Assembly: GCA_963422645.2 (NCBI GenBank)
Contig: CAXXVO010000004.1
Location: forward strand, 224,001 to 288,000
DNA from: Alphaproteobacteria bacterium
Lineage (GTDB): Bacteria > Pseudomonadota > Alphaproteobacteria > UBA828
Direction: 5' to 3'
DNA length: 64,000 bases
The notes beneath the pieces are model-generated. The model was given only the letters and a program-made list of their open reading frames with translations, was not told where the DNA came from and ran no database searches. Both the position numbers and the translations under genes were made by a program. Numbering within the stretch: the first letter of the stretch is position 1; each line of letters begins with the position of its first letter. Of this stretch, positions 52,472 through 64,000 are shown in pieces.

Positions 52472-53449
52472 TCAGGGGGTCAGGATGGTCGAGCCTGTGG
52501 TCTTGCGGCCCTCCAGGTCGCGGTGCGCCTGGGCGGCGTCCGCCAGCGGGTAGGTCTGGTGGATCTCGATCTTGACCGCGCCCGAACGCACGACGTCGAA
52601 GAGCGCGCCGGCCGATGCCTCGAGCTCCGGCCGCGTCGCGTTGTAGCCGAAGAGGGTGGGCCGGGTGATGTAGGCGCTCTTGGGCGCGAGCCGGGCCAGA
52701 TTGAAGTCGGTGATGGGACCGGAGGCGTTGCCGAAACTCGCGAGCGTGCCCAGCCGTGCGAGGCTGTTGAGCGAGCCCTCCACCGTATCGGCGCCGATGG
52801 AATCGTAGACCACCGGCACGCCCTGGCCGTCGGTGATCTCCATGACCCGCGCGGCGAAATCTTCCGTCCGGTAGTTGACCGGGTGGTCGCAGCCGTGCGC
52901 GCGGGCGAGCTCGGCCTTCTCCTCGGAGCCCACGGTGCCGATCACGGTCACGCCCAGTTGCTTGAGCCACTGGCACTGGATCAGCCCGACCCCGCCGGCG
53001 GCGGCGTGGACCAGCACGGTCTCGCCCGCCTTCACCGGGTAGGTGCGGCGGATCAGGTATTCGACCGTCATGCCCTGCAGCATCATCGCCGCGCCCTGCT
53101 CGAAGCTGATGTCGGCGGGGAGCTCAACCAGCGAGCCTGCGGGCATCACACGGGCCTCGGAATAGCCGCCGGGCGGCGGCGGGCTGGCGTAGGCGACGCG
53201 CATGCCGGTCGCGACATCGGTGACGCCCTCCCCCATCGCCTCGACCACGCCCGCACCTTCCATGCCGATGGTCCAGGGCAGCGAGGGCACCGGGTAGAGG
53301 CCGGTGCGGTGATAGACGTCGATATAGTTGAGGCCGATCGCCTCGTGGCGCACCAGCGCCTCGCCGGGGCCGGGATCGGGTAGCGCCACATCCTCGTAAT
53401 GCAGCACCTCGGGCCCGCCGGCCTCGTGCATCCGCACAGCCTTGACCAT
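52472..53449 (-). CDS. qor: NADPH:quinone oxidoreductase (zeta-crystallin type)
   Basis: GLNYID, HAAAGGVG, TTGS. Confidence 0.92.
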   Translation of the reverse strand: MVKAVRMHEAGGPEVLHYEDVALPDPGPGEALVRHEAIGLNYIDVYHRTGLYPVPSLPWTIGMEGAGVVEAMGEGVTDVATGMRVAYASPPPPGGYSEARVMPAGSLVELPADISFEQGAAMMLQGMTVEYLIRRTYPVKAGETVLVHAAAGGVGLIQCQWLKQLGVTVIGTVGSEEKAELARAHGCDHPVNYRTEDFAARVMEITDGQGVPVVYDSIGADTVEGSLNSLARLGTLASFGNASGPITDFNLARLAPKSAYITRPTLFGYNATRPELEASAGALFDVVRSGAVKIEIHQTYPLADAAQAHRDLEGRKTTGSTILTP

Positions 53450-53494
53450 GTGTCTCCCTTTCCTGTCGGGGGCGCCCGCCCGGCCGCGCTCGGC

Positions 53495-53968
53495 CTAGAC
53501 CGGAAGCTGCGGCGGCAGCGCGCCTTCCAATGCGAGAAGCTGGCGCTTGGTATCACAGCCGGCGCCGCCGGAGAACCCGCCGAGCGCGCCGCCGGCACCG
53601 ACGACCCGGTGGCACGGGATGATGAGCGGGATGGGATTGGCCCCGCAGGCGCCGCCCACGGCGCGGGGCGCGCTGTCGAGATCACGGGCGAGGTCGCCGT
53701 AGCTCCGGGTCTGGCCATAGGGGATCGCCTGCATCGCCGCCCAGACCCGGCGGCGGAAGGCCGTGCCCTGTGGCACCAGCGGCAGGTCGAAGGCGCGGAG
53801 CGTGCCGGCAAAGTACTCGGTGAGCTGGCGCGCGGCTTCGGCGAGCACGCCGCCGTTGGGGCGGGGGCCGCCGCCGGGGGCGAAATCGACGGCGGTGATC
53901 GCGCCCTCGGCGGCCGTGATCGTGAGCGGGCCGACCGGGCTCTCGATGGTGCAGCAGGCGGCGGCCAT
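53495..53968 (-). CDS. ogt: Methylated-DNA-protein-cysteine methyltransferase
   Basis: IPYG, PCHRV. Confidence 0.93.
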   Translation of the reverse strand: MAAACCTIESPVGPLTITAAEGAITAVDFAPGGGPRPNGGVLAEAARQLTEYFAGTLRAFDLPLVPQGTAFRRRVWAAMQAIPYGQTRSYGDLARDLDSAPRAVGGACGANPIPLIIPCHRVVGAGGALGGFSGGAGCDTKRQLLALEGALPPQLPV

Positions 53969-53973
53969 CCGCC

Positions 53974-56010
53974 TCAGCCCTCGGCCGGCGCCCGGGCGTT
54001 GTCGAGGGCGGCGCTCAGCGCGTCCGGCTCGGTCACCGGCAGCGAGCAGACCGGGCCGACGCAGACGTAGGCCGTGGCCTGCCCCTCCTGCTGGCCCTTG
54101 CCAAAGGCGGGATGGCCCAGGGGCAGCGTGGCACTTGGCTCCAGCACGGTCAGCACCCGGTTGGGCAGGCTGGTTGCGTAGACGGCATCGACCAGAGCCT
54201 TGGTCCCCTCATCGGCGCGCGCGCCGCACACCACCACCTGCACCGCGCGGCGTAGAACCTCGCTATTGTTGGCGAGGGTCGAGAGCGGCGAGAAGTTGCG
54301 CTCAAGCTCGCCGGAGAACGCCTTCACCAGCGCCTCGGCGCGGTCGCGATAGGCCGTCTCGCCGGTGAGATGGTGGAGGCGCGCGAGCACGCCCACCATG
54401 GTGCCGTTGCCGGCGGGCGTCGCGGCGTCGTGGGCGGTCTTTGTGCGGCTGATGCTCGCCTCGCCGTCGTCCGGCGCATAGAAGTAACCGCCCTCGTCCG
54501 CGTCCCAGTAGTGCGCATCGAGCACCGCGACCCAGCCGCGCGCCTTCTCCACGTACGAATCTTCGCCCGTCGCCTCGGCCAGCATCAACGCGGCCCGCGC
54601 CATCTCGGCGTAGTCGTCGAGGAACTCGATATCCTTGGAGCGACCATGGCGGGCGGCGTGGCGCAGCCGCTCGCCGGCCGCCATAGGGTCTGCGACATAC
54701 TCGAAGGCCTCGCGGGCCGCATCGAGCCACGCTTGCTCGCCGAAGACCATGGCGGCGTTGGCGAGGGCTGCGATCATCAGGCCGTTCCAGTCGGCCAGCA
54801 CCTTGTCGTCCCAGCCGGGGCGCTCGCGGCCCGCGCGGCGCTCCAGGAGGATGGTGCGCATGCCGGCGAGGCGGGCTTCGTCCGGCGTCCCGTCGGTGCC
54901 GGGAGGCAGGAGGCGGTTGAGGATCGTCTTGCCTTCCCAGTTACCGCCTTGGGTGACGTCGTAGACGGCCTTGAAGTAGGCCGCGTCCGCACCGAGGAGT
55001 TCGTCGATCTCAGCCTCGTGCCAGACGTAGAATTTGCCTTCCTCGCCCTCGGAATCCGCGTCGAGCGCGCTCGCGAACGCGCCCTCGCCGGTGCGCATCT
55101 CGCGCAGCACCCAAGCCACAGTCTCGGCCGCACGGGCGGCGAAGAGCGGCTCGCCGGTCTCCTGCCAGACATGGCAGAGCAGGTCGATAAGCTGGGCGTT
55201 GTCGTAGAGCATCTTCTCGAAGTGGGGCGCGAGCCAGCGCTCGTCGGTGGAGTAGCGCGCGAAGCCGCCGCCCAGGTGGTCGTAGATGCCGCCCTGGCAC
55301 ATGCGCTCCATGGAGAGCACCACGGCGGTCTTCATCAGCTGCGAGCCGGTGCGCAGGTAGCTGCGCCAGAGCAGCTCCAGCATGGAACATTGCGGGAACT
55401 TTGGCGCGCCCCCGATGCCGCCGTGGCGGCCGTCGACCTCGCGCAGCAGCGAGCGCGCCATGTTCTCTGTTTGTGCCTCGGTCACGGCCTCGCCGGGCGT
55501 GCTCCGGGCGAGACCCTGCAGCGCCTCGACCAGCGTTGTTCTGTTTTTGTCCACCTTTTCGCGGTCGTTGCGGTAGGTCTGCTCGATCAGGCTCAGCACG
55601 TCCTTGAAGCCGGGGCGGCCGAAGCGGGGCTCCAGCGGGAAGTAGGTGCCGCCCCAGAAGGGCTCGGCATCGGGGGTGAGGAACATGGTGAGCGGCCAGC
55701 CGCCCTGCTGGCCCATGAGCGCGAGTGCGCGCTGGTAGATGGTGTCGAGGTCGGGGCGCTCTTCGCGGTCCACCTTGATGTTGACGAAGAGGCGGTTCAT
55801 CAGCCGCGCCGTCTCTTCGTCCTCGAAGCTCTCGTGGGCCATGACATGGCACCAGTGGCAGGCGGAATAGCCGACCGAGAGCAGGATCGGCTTGTCGGCT
55901 TCCTTCGCCTCGGCCAGCGCCTCCGGCCCCCAGGGGCGCCAGTGGACGGGATTGTCCTGGTGTTGCAGGAGATAGGGGCTGGTCTCCGCGCCGAGCTGGT
56001 TCTCGCTCAT
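53974..56010 (-). CDS. Thioredoxin-domain protein, YyaL/SSP411 family
   Basis: [23 protein letters not shown]. Confidence 0.93.
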   Translation of the reverse strand: MSENQLGAETSPYLLQHQDNPVHWRPWGPEALAEAKEADKPILLSVGYSACHWCHVMAHESFEDEETARLMNRLFVNIKVDREERPDLDTIYQRALALMGQQGGWPLTMFLTPDAEPFWGGTYFPLEPRFGRPGFKDVLSLIEQTYRNDREKVDKNRTTLVEALQGLARSTPGEAVTEAQTENMARSLLREVDGRHGGIGGAPKFPQCSMLELLWRSYLRTGSQLMKTAVVLSMERMCQGGIYDHLGGGFARYSTDERWLAPHFEKMLYDNAQLIDLLCHVWQETGEPLFAARAAETVAWVLREMRTGEGAFASALDADSEGEEGKFYVWHEAEIDELLGADAAYFKAVYDVTQGGNWEGKTILNRLLPPGTDGTPDEARLAGMRTILLERRAGRERPGWDDKVLADWNGLMIAALANAAMVFGEQAWLDAAREAFEYVADPMAAGERLRHAARHGRSKDIEFLDDYAEMARAALMLAEATGEDSYVEKARGWVAVLDAHYWDADEGGYFYAPDDGEASISRTKTAHDAATPAGNGTMVGVLARLHHLTGETAYRDRAEALVKAFSGELERNFSPLSTLANNSEVLRRAVQVVVCGARADEGTKALVDAVYATSLPNRVLTVLEPSATLPLGHPAFGKGQQEGQATAYVCVGPVCSLPVTEPDALSAALDNARAPAEG

Positions 56011-56149
56011 GGCCCTTCCCGTCTGGTTCGGACCGCGCGGCAGGGAGCGGCCTCGGGTTTGAGCATAGGGTGCTGCCGTCCGGCCCACCAGTGCGGCGGG
56101 CGCATCCGCACCACAGCACCCGGAACGGATCCGATGTGCGATAGAGATT

Positions 56150-59100
56150 CAGACTTCCTGACCTCTGCTGATTTTAGGTGACACGAGCCGCGCGGATTCC
56201 GAGGCCCCGTCGATGTCGTAGACTCAGACTTCCTGACCTCTGCTGATTTTAGGTGACACGAGCCGCGCGGATTCCGAGGCCCCGTCGATGTCGTAGACTA
56301 TGCGCAGACGGGTGCCGGGGAAGACCGTTTCGGTGGCGTTCAGGTCGCTCAGAACCGCATCGATCCAACGGTCGCAGGCGTCGTTTGCGAGGCCAAGAAT
56401 GTGGACCCGCAGGAGGCCATTGCCAGGATCCGGCAGGATGTCGGCATCGGCGGTGAGCAGCGCTTGAAGCAGTTTCCGGGGATGGGGCTTGTGGCCCTGC
56501 GCCTGCATGACGGGAAGCATCATGCGGGTTTCGGCGCGGTAGGCGATCATCCGGATGACGTCGAGGAGGAGGCGCTCGCGCGCGGGCAAGGCATCGAGCT
56601 GCTCGGCTTCGTCGAGGTCGCCGGCCCGGCAGTGCTTGGGCGTCTCCCTGCGGCTGGCCCTGACGATGTCGCGGACATCCTGGAGGTCCCTGACTTCCCT
56701 CCTGAGTTCCGCCGTCGGCTGCTTCTTCCGGGCCGTGTCGGCGATGCGGTTGCGCAGGCGGCCAAGCTGGCGGTCGAGGCGATGGATTGCCTTGTCATAG
56801 GCCCGCCGCAGCGGGTTGACGACCATGGCGGCGGGATCGAGAGGCTCGAGCTCGTGGGTCGGCAGGGCGTCGAGATTGAACTCGTCACGCATGTACTTGA
56901 AGAAGTTCTCCTGCGACCAGCGCGAGAACATGGCGCCCGCAACCTCAGCCATCGGCTTGTGCGGATCGGTGGTGATCAGCGGCACCTGACGGCCGTTGTC
57001 GAGCAGGCGGCGGATCTGGCGCACCCTGAAGCCGTTCGGCAACGTCACCGGCTTCTCAGCCAGCCGCATGGTGGCGCTGCCGTCCGCCGCCGGTCCGTGA
57101 ATGGGAACGGTCATCGCGCCGAAGTCCTCGGCCGGCCAGTCCTCGCCCCTGAAGTTCTTGTGCCAGGTCAGGCAGGCGACGCCGCGCCTCGCCAGCCGGC
57201 GGAACAGATCCGGGCTCCAGCCCTCGCGGTCGAAGACCAGGGTGAGCGCCGGCTGGCCGGGATGCTCGGCGGTCAGGTCCGGCGCCCCGGCGCCAACGAT
57301 CCCAAGCTCCTGCAGCGCCGGCACCACGTCGGCTTCGATGGCCGCGACCATCTTCGGGTCCAGCGGCTTGTGCAGACAGAGCAGCGGCTTGCCGCCCAGA
57401 GCGTTGATCCAGTAGCTGGCGCTCGCCGGCAGGCACAGCTTCTCGCGCGAGACGAAGTGCTTGGGCAAGCGCCCCTTGCGGCCGGAGTAGACCTTGACGT
57501 GCCCGTCGATGGCCAGCGTCGCCCAGAGCTCCGGCTCGTCGGCCTTGCCAGCGCCTGGCAAGGGCGAGCTGCCACGCCCGCACGCCGGCCTCGTCGTCGG
57601 CGATGAGAGCGATCTTGCGGCGCAGCGTCTTGACCTCGGGGCAGCGATCGAGGCCGAGAATGGCGCCCCATTCGCCCGGCGCCTGGTAGCGCAGGCTCTC
57701 GGGGTTGCGCACCCGCGCCAAGGTCATGAAGGCCAGGAAGAGCAGGATCGTAGGCAAGCCGTAATAGCCCTTCGGCAGCAATGGCAGGAGACCGGTCTCG
57801 GAGAGAAGACCTTCCTTCAGCAGGGCCGGCAGGGCGGCGAGCACGCCGCCGAAGCGGACACCGCGGGCGGCGGCGGCGAACTGCGGTTCGACCGGCCCCG
57901 CCTGTCCACAACTGGCCAGAACCCGAGCCGGAACATCGCAAGTCGCACGCCCCATCGGCGCCTGCCGGTCCCGCCGATCGCGCGCGCTGCGATCCGTTTG
58001 CGGCTGCGCTTCCAGCCCCGGCGCCGTCTCCGGCCCCGGGGCACCGGTACTCTCTTCATCGACACGGCCTTCAGGAGCCGCACCCGCGTCAGGCGGCGCA
58101 GCCAGCGCTGAGCGTCCGGGCTCCCCATCCGCCTCCGTGTTGCCGATCAGTCCCTGACGGCGCCACTTGTTGACCGATGGCGCTGACACGCCGAGAACCC
58201 GGGCCGCCGCAGAGCCGCTCAGGCCCGATGCCAGCAACGCCGTCGCCTTCTCCGCCAACTCCGGAGTGAACACCGACGGCCCGCGACCGCGCCGGGGCTT
58301 CATGAACCCCGCTTCGCCCTCGGCCAGGTAGCGCCGTCGTGCGCGCTGCACCGTCGCGCGCGAGACAGCGAAAGCGTCAGCCAGTTCCTGCGGCGAGACC
58401 GCGCTGATCGCCGCGAGGCGGCCGATCCGCAAGAGCATGGCCGTGCGGTCATCGGCGGCGTGGCTGTCAAAGGGAATGAGGTTGGAAAAGTAGGTGAAGG
58501 TGTCGTCCGAGATCAGGACGGCGAAGCAGCTGTTGCCGATCGAGACCGCCTCTGGAGGGCACATTGGGAGGGTACTGGGCATGGTTGAGACCGTGCAATT
58601 GGTATCAAATTATAATATCAGACCTCGGGCGCGACACCCAGCGAAAAACCGCCTGAAACAACCGAAATGTATCAGAATTCAAGGAGTTCCCGGCACGCTG
58701 CCCAGAACAGCCAGCATCACGAGGTCAGGAAGTCTGAGACTATGCGCAGACGGGTGCCGGGGAAGACCGTTTCGGTGGCGTTCAGGTCGCTCAGAACCGC
58801 ATCGATCCAACGGTCGCAGGCGTCGTTTGCGAGGCCAAGAATGTGGACCCGCAGGAGGCCATTGCCAGGATCCGGCAGGATGTCGGCATCGGCGGTGAGC
58901 AGCGCTTGAAGCAGTTTCCGGGGATGGGGCTTGTGGCCCTGCGCCTGCATGACGGGAAGCATCATGCGGGTTTCGGCGCGGTAGGCGATCATCCGGATGA
59001 CGTCGAGGAGGAGGCGCTCGCGCGCGGGCAAGGCATCGAGCTGCTCGGCTTCGTCGAGGTCGCCGGCCCGGCAGTGCTTGGGCGTCTCCCTGCGGCTGGC

Positions 59101-61057
59101 CCTGACGATGTCGCGGACATCCTGGAGGTCCCTGACTTCCCTCCTGAGTTCCGCCGTCGGCTGCTTCTTCCGGGCCGTGTCGGCGATGCGGTTGCGCAGG
59201 CGGCCAAGCTGGCGGTCGAGGCGATGGATTGCCTTGTCATAGGCCCGCCGCAGCGGGTTGACGACCATGGCGGCGGGATCGAGAGGCTCGAGCTCGTGGG
59301 TCGGCAGGGCGTCGAGATTGAACTCGTCACGCATGTACTTGAAGAAGTTCTCCTGCGACCAGCGCGAGAACATGGCGCCCGCAACCTCAGCCATCGGCTT
59401 GTGCGGATCGGTGGTGATCAGCGGCACCTGACGGCCGTTGTCGAGCAGGCGGCGGATCTGGCGCACCCTGAAGCCGTTCGGCAACGTCACCGGCTTCTCA
59501 GCCAGCCGCATGGTGGCGCTGCCGTCCGCCGCCGGTCCGTGAATGGGAACGGTCATCGCGCCGAAGTCCTCGGCCGGCCAGTCCTCGCCCCTGAAGTTCT
59601 TGTGCCAGGTCAGGCAGGCGACGCCGCGCCTCGCCAGCCGGCGGAACAGATCCGGGCTCCAGCCCTCGCGGTCGAAGACCAGGGTGAGCGCCGGCTGGCC
59701 GGGATGCTCGGCGGTCAGGTCCGGCGCCCCGGCGCCAACGATCCCAAGCTCCTGCAGCGCCGGCACCACGTCGGCTTCGATGGCCGCGACCATCTTCGGG
59801 TCCAGCGGCTTGTGCAGACAGAGCAGCGGCTTGCCGCCCAGAGCGTTGATCCAGTAGCTGGCGCTCGCCGGCAGGCACAGCTTCTCGCGCGAGACGAAGT
59901 GCTTGGGCAAGCGCCCCTTGCGGCCGGAGTAGACCTTGACGTGCCCGTCGATGGCCAGCGTCGCCCAGAGCTCCGGCTCGTCGGCGCCTGCCAGCGCCTG
60001 GCAAGGGCGAGCTGCCACGCCCGCACGCCGGCCTCGTCGTCGGCGATGAGAGCGATCTTGCGGCGCAGCGTCTTGACCTCGGGGCAGCGATCGAGGCCGA
60101 GAATGGCGCCCCATTCGCCCGGCGCCTGGTAGCGCAGGCTCTCGGGGTTGCGCACCCGCGCCAAGGTCATGAAGGCCAGGAAGAGCAGGATCGTAGGCAA
60201 GCCGTAATAGCCCTTCGGCAGCAATGGCAGGAGACCGGTCTCGGAGAGAAGACCTTCCTTCAGCAGGGCCGGCAGGGCGGCGAGCACGCCGCCGAAGCGG
60301 ACACCGCGGGCGGCGGCGGCGAACTGCGGTTCGACCGGCCCCGCCTGTCCACAACTGGCCAGAACCCGAGCCGGAACATCGCAAGTCGCACGCCCCATCG
60401 GCGCCTGCCGGTCCCGCCGATCGCGCGCGCTGCGATCCGTTTGCGGCTGCGCTTCCAGCCCCGGCGCCGTCTCCGGCCCCGGGGCACCGGTACTCTCTTC
60501 ATCGACACGGCCTTCAGGAGCCGCACCCGCGTCAGGCGGCGCAGCCAGCGCTGAGCGTCCGGGCTCCCCATCCGCCTCCGTGTTGCCGATCAGTCCCTGA
60601 CGGCGCCACTTGTTGACCGATGGCGCTGACACGCCGAGAACCCGGGCCGCCGCAGAGCCGCTCAGGCCCGATGCCAGCAACGCCGTCGCCTTCTCCGCCA
60701 ACTCCGGAGTGAACACCGACGGCCCGCGACCGCGCCGGGGCTTCATGAACCCCGCTTCGCCCTCGGCCAGGTAGCGCCGTCGTGCGCGCTGCACCGTCGC
60801 GCGCGAGACAGCGAAAGCGTCAGCCAGTTCCTGCGGCGAGACCGCGCTGATCGCCGCGAGGCGGCCGATCCGCAAGAGCATGGCCGTGCGGTCATCGGCG
60901 GCGTGGCTGTCAAAGGGAATGAGGTTGGAAAAGTAGGTGAAGGTGTCGTCCGAGATCAGGACGGCGAAGCAGCTGTTGCCGATCGAGACCGCCTCTGGAG
61001 GGCACATTGGGAGGGTACTGGGCATGGTTGAGACCCCGTGCAATTGGTATCAAATTA
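56150..61057 (-). mobile_element. Unclassified IS, outer copy 3 (56150-56224 plus 58737-61057), other end lost
   Basis: Starts with the TIR after AGATT; split by copy 2; cut by IS1595 at 61058; transposase ATG at 61025. Confidence 0.9.
56225..58736 (-). mobile_element. Unclassified IS, copy 2 (2512 bp), inserted in copy 3
   Basis: Both TIRs present; TSD AGACT at 56220-56224 and 58737-58741; transposase 56224-58582 with a frameshift near 57545. Confidence 0.93.
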
Positions 61058-61807
61058 ACCGCTTATGCACATGGCTCCGGCTTGCTCAACATGTTGTAGG
61101 TAAGGGGTTTTGCATTGGTGGCGAGGCGGAAGAGCGAGCGGAAAGCAGCGTGGCGGGTTTTGCGGCGGTTGAAGCGAAAGACGAACTCATCGAGATAGGC
61201 CTGCAGATGCTTGCGGCGCAGCCCGTGGTAGACGCCTCGCGCCCATCCTTTGAGGTTGGAGAAGACTTGGTGGATCCACGGCAGGACGAGGTGAGCGGCG
61301 GTCTTCCCGACGACATGGACATTGTGGCGATCGGCGGGGACCGCAGCGTAGCCGGACCAGCCGTCGGTTTTCGCGATGGCGTCGGGATCGGCGGCGGTTT
61401 CGATGAAGCGGCCGAGGTCGGCGGCGCCGTAGGAGGAGATTTCGGCCAGCCGCAGGCGGCCCGGGATGGTTCCATCCCCCAGTTCGATGGCGCCGATGAT
61501 CAGCATCTTGCCGTCGTGGCTGCGCCCCTGCCCGCCGCCGGGGGGATCGTTCCTGGTCCGGAATGGAAGGCTGGCCTCGTCGATTTCGACCAAGCCCGAC
61601 AACGGGTTGCGCTCGGGGTCGACCATGCTGGCGCGCAGCTTGTGGACGAGCAGCCAGGCACTTCGGTACGAGCCGATGCCGAGTTGCTTCTGGAGTGGCT
61701 CCGTCGGCAGGAACGTATAGGCAACATTCTACCCGTTCTCCCGCCCTAACCTCAACCTCAACATCTGGTGGCAAACTCTCGCGACCGGAGCCATGTGCAT
61801 AAGCGGT
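61058..61807 (-). mobile_element. Internally deleted IS1595 (750 bp)
   Basis: Same TIRs; lacks 301 bp equivalent to 49776-50076; no TSD. Confidence 0.9.
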
Positions 61808-62082
61808 TCCACATTTTCAACTCGCCGCCGGTGCCGCTCAAAATTGTGTAGACTCCGCGGTGCCAAAATCCGAGTTCTGGATCGTAATGATTCCAACCTT
61901 TTGCCCGGTAGTTTCCATCTCCGCTGTCCACGTACGCGATCACGAATACTGGTCGTTGTCCCAGCAACGTCTTGACCTCCTTGTAGGCTACTACTCTGTA
62001 TGCTGTCTTCCCGCGCCAGCTAGGGAGAGAGTAAGAAACAGTCGTCTTATTTCCTACTTTGAGCGGGAAAAGCTTATCGATT

Positions 62083-62498
62083 GTAACTGCCCAGGTACCC
62101 CCTCTCTCTTATGGAACAAGCCAGTTCCTTTTGCGTCAACGCCCCCACGCCGCGGGGGTGCCTACTCTCTTGAGCGCGAGAGGATGATGAACGCCGCGTC
62201 GCGAACAAGATGAGAGGACAGCGATACTCAGGATGAGCCGGAGAAGTTCAGGAGCGCAGTATAGGGATCAGCTGCATCGGTTCCGGGTGCGCCAGGATTT
62301 GCAGGATGTTCCAGCCTTGCTTTCGAGCGGTGACGATGACGCTGCGCATTCCGGCGAAGTTGCAGGCGCCTTGCAGGGAGCGGAAGCCGCCTGAGATCTT
62401 CTCATGCACTTTGTTCATACGGATGTCACGCTCCGCCTCGTTATTCGTGAACGGCGTGCGCAGGTCGGTGAGGAAGCGCAGGCAGCCCTCCTTATGCT
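62083..62498 (-). mobile_element. IS66 right end, interrupted by copy 4 of the unclassified IS
   Basis: Matches 39927 onward. Confidence 0.93.
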
Positions 62499-64000
62499 CA
62501 GACTTCCTGACCTCTGCTGATTTTAGGTGACACGAGCCGCGCGGATTCCGAGGCCCCGTCGATGTCGTAGACTATGCGCAGACGGGTGCCGGGGAAGACC
62601 GTTTCGGTGGCGTTCAGGTCGCTCAGAACCGCATCGATCCAACGGTCGCAGGCGTCGTTTGCGAGGCCAAGAATGTGGACCCGCAGGAGGCCATTGCCAG
62701 GATCCGGCAGGATGTCGGCATCGGCGGTGAGCAGCGCTTGAAGCAGTTTCCGGGGATGGGGCTTGTGGCCCTGCGCCTGCATGACGGGAAGCATCATGCG
62801 GGTTTCGGCGCGGTAGGCGATCATCCGGATGACGTCGAGGAGGAGGCGCTCGCGCGCGGGCAAGGCATCGAGCTGCTCGGCTTCGTCGAGGTCGCCGGCC
62901 CGGCAGTGCTTGGGCGTCTCCCTGCGGCTGGCCCTGACGATGTCGCGGACATCCTGGAGGTCCCTGACTTCCCTCCTGAGTTCCGCCGTCGGCTGCTTCT
63001 TCCGGGCCGTGTCGGCGATGCGGTTGCGCAGGCGGCCAAGCTGGCGGTCGAGGCGATGGATTGCCTTGTCATAGGCCCGCCGCAGCGGGTTGACGACCAT
63101 GGCGGCGGGATCGAGAGGCTCGAGCTCGTGGGTCGGCAGGGCGTCGAGATTGAACTCGTCACGCATGTACTTGAAGAAGTTCTCCTGCGACCAGCGCGAG
63201 AACATGGCGCCCGCAACCTCAGCCATCGGCTTGTGCGGATCGGTGGTGATCAGCGGCACCTGACGGCCGTTGTCGAGCAGGCGGCGGATCTGGCGCACCC
63301 TGAAGCCGTTCGGCAACGTCACCGGCTTCTCAGCCAGCCGCATGGTGGCGCTGCCGTCCGCCGCCGGTCCGTGAATGGGAACGGTCATCGCGCCGAAGTC
63401 CTCGGCCGGCCAGTCCTCGCCCCTGAAGTTCTTGTGCCAGGTCAGGCAGGCGACGCCGCGCCTCGCCAGCCGGCGGAACAGATCCGGGCTCCAGCCCTCG
63501 CGGTCGAAGACCAGGGTGAGCGCCGGCTGGCCGGGATGCTCGGCGGTCAGGTCCGGCGCCCCGGCGCCAACGATCCCAAGCTCCTGCAGCGCCGGCACCA
63601 CGTCGGCTTCGATGGCCGCGACCATCTTCGGGTCCAGCGGCTTGTGCAGACAGAGCAGCGGCTTGCCGCCCAGAGCGTTGATCCAGTAGCTGGCGCTCGC
63701 CGGCAGGCACAGCTTCTCGCGCGAGACGAAGTGCTTGGGCAAGCGCCCCTTGCGGCCGGAGTAGACCTTGACGTGCCCGTCGATGGCCAGCGTCGCCCAG
63801 AGCTCCGGCTCGTCGGCGCCTGCCAGCGCCTGGCAAGGGCGAGCTGCCACGCCCGCACGCCGGCCTCGTCGTCGGCGATGAGAGCGATCTTGCGGCGCAG
63901 CGTCTTGACCTCGGGGCAGCGATCGAGGCCGAGAATGGCGCCCCATTCGCCCGGCGCCTGGTAGCGCAGGCTCTCGGGGTTGCGCACCCGCGCCAAGGTC
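62499..64000 (-). mobile_element. Unclassified IS, copy 4 (runs off window)
   Basis: TIR after ATGCT; same transposase. Confidence 0.93.

Overview
GC-rich bacterial chromosomal window, probably alphaproteobacterial (thiS-thiG, aroQ-accB-accC-aat, mlaD, fused trpEG, uvrB), with intact housekeeping blocks and heavy mobile-element damage. All calls are from motif recognition and by-eye alignment; no database searches were run. Main accessory features: (1) a 2.5-kb IS66-family element that carries its own compact DPPY DNA methyltransferase coupled to the transposase (one complete copy with 8-bp TSD, plus partial copies); (2) a 7.4-kb Mu-like prophage remnant bounded by two inverted copies of the same TG...CA end (~740-bp arms), with tail genes, an FN3-fused tail-tip protein and a terminal QueC-like gene; (3) a three-gene cassette (two hypotheticals plus a ComEC-like MBL hydrolase) flanked by a 121-bp direct repeat with only synonymous differences, a candidate defence module now broken by IS66; (4) four copies of an unclassified 2.5-kb IS with ANNNT targets, nested in itself, in IS66 and in an orphan methyltransferase, plus two IS1595 copies. 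Several single-base frameshifts may be long-read assembly errors. No rRNA, tRNA or CRISPR array was seen.
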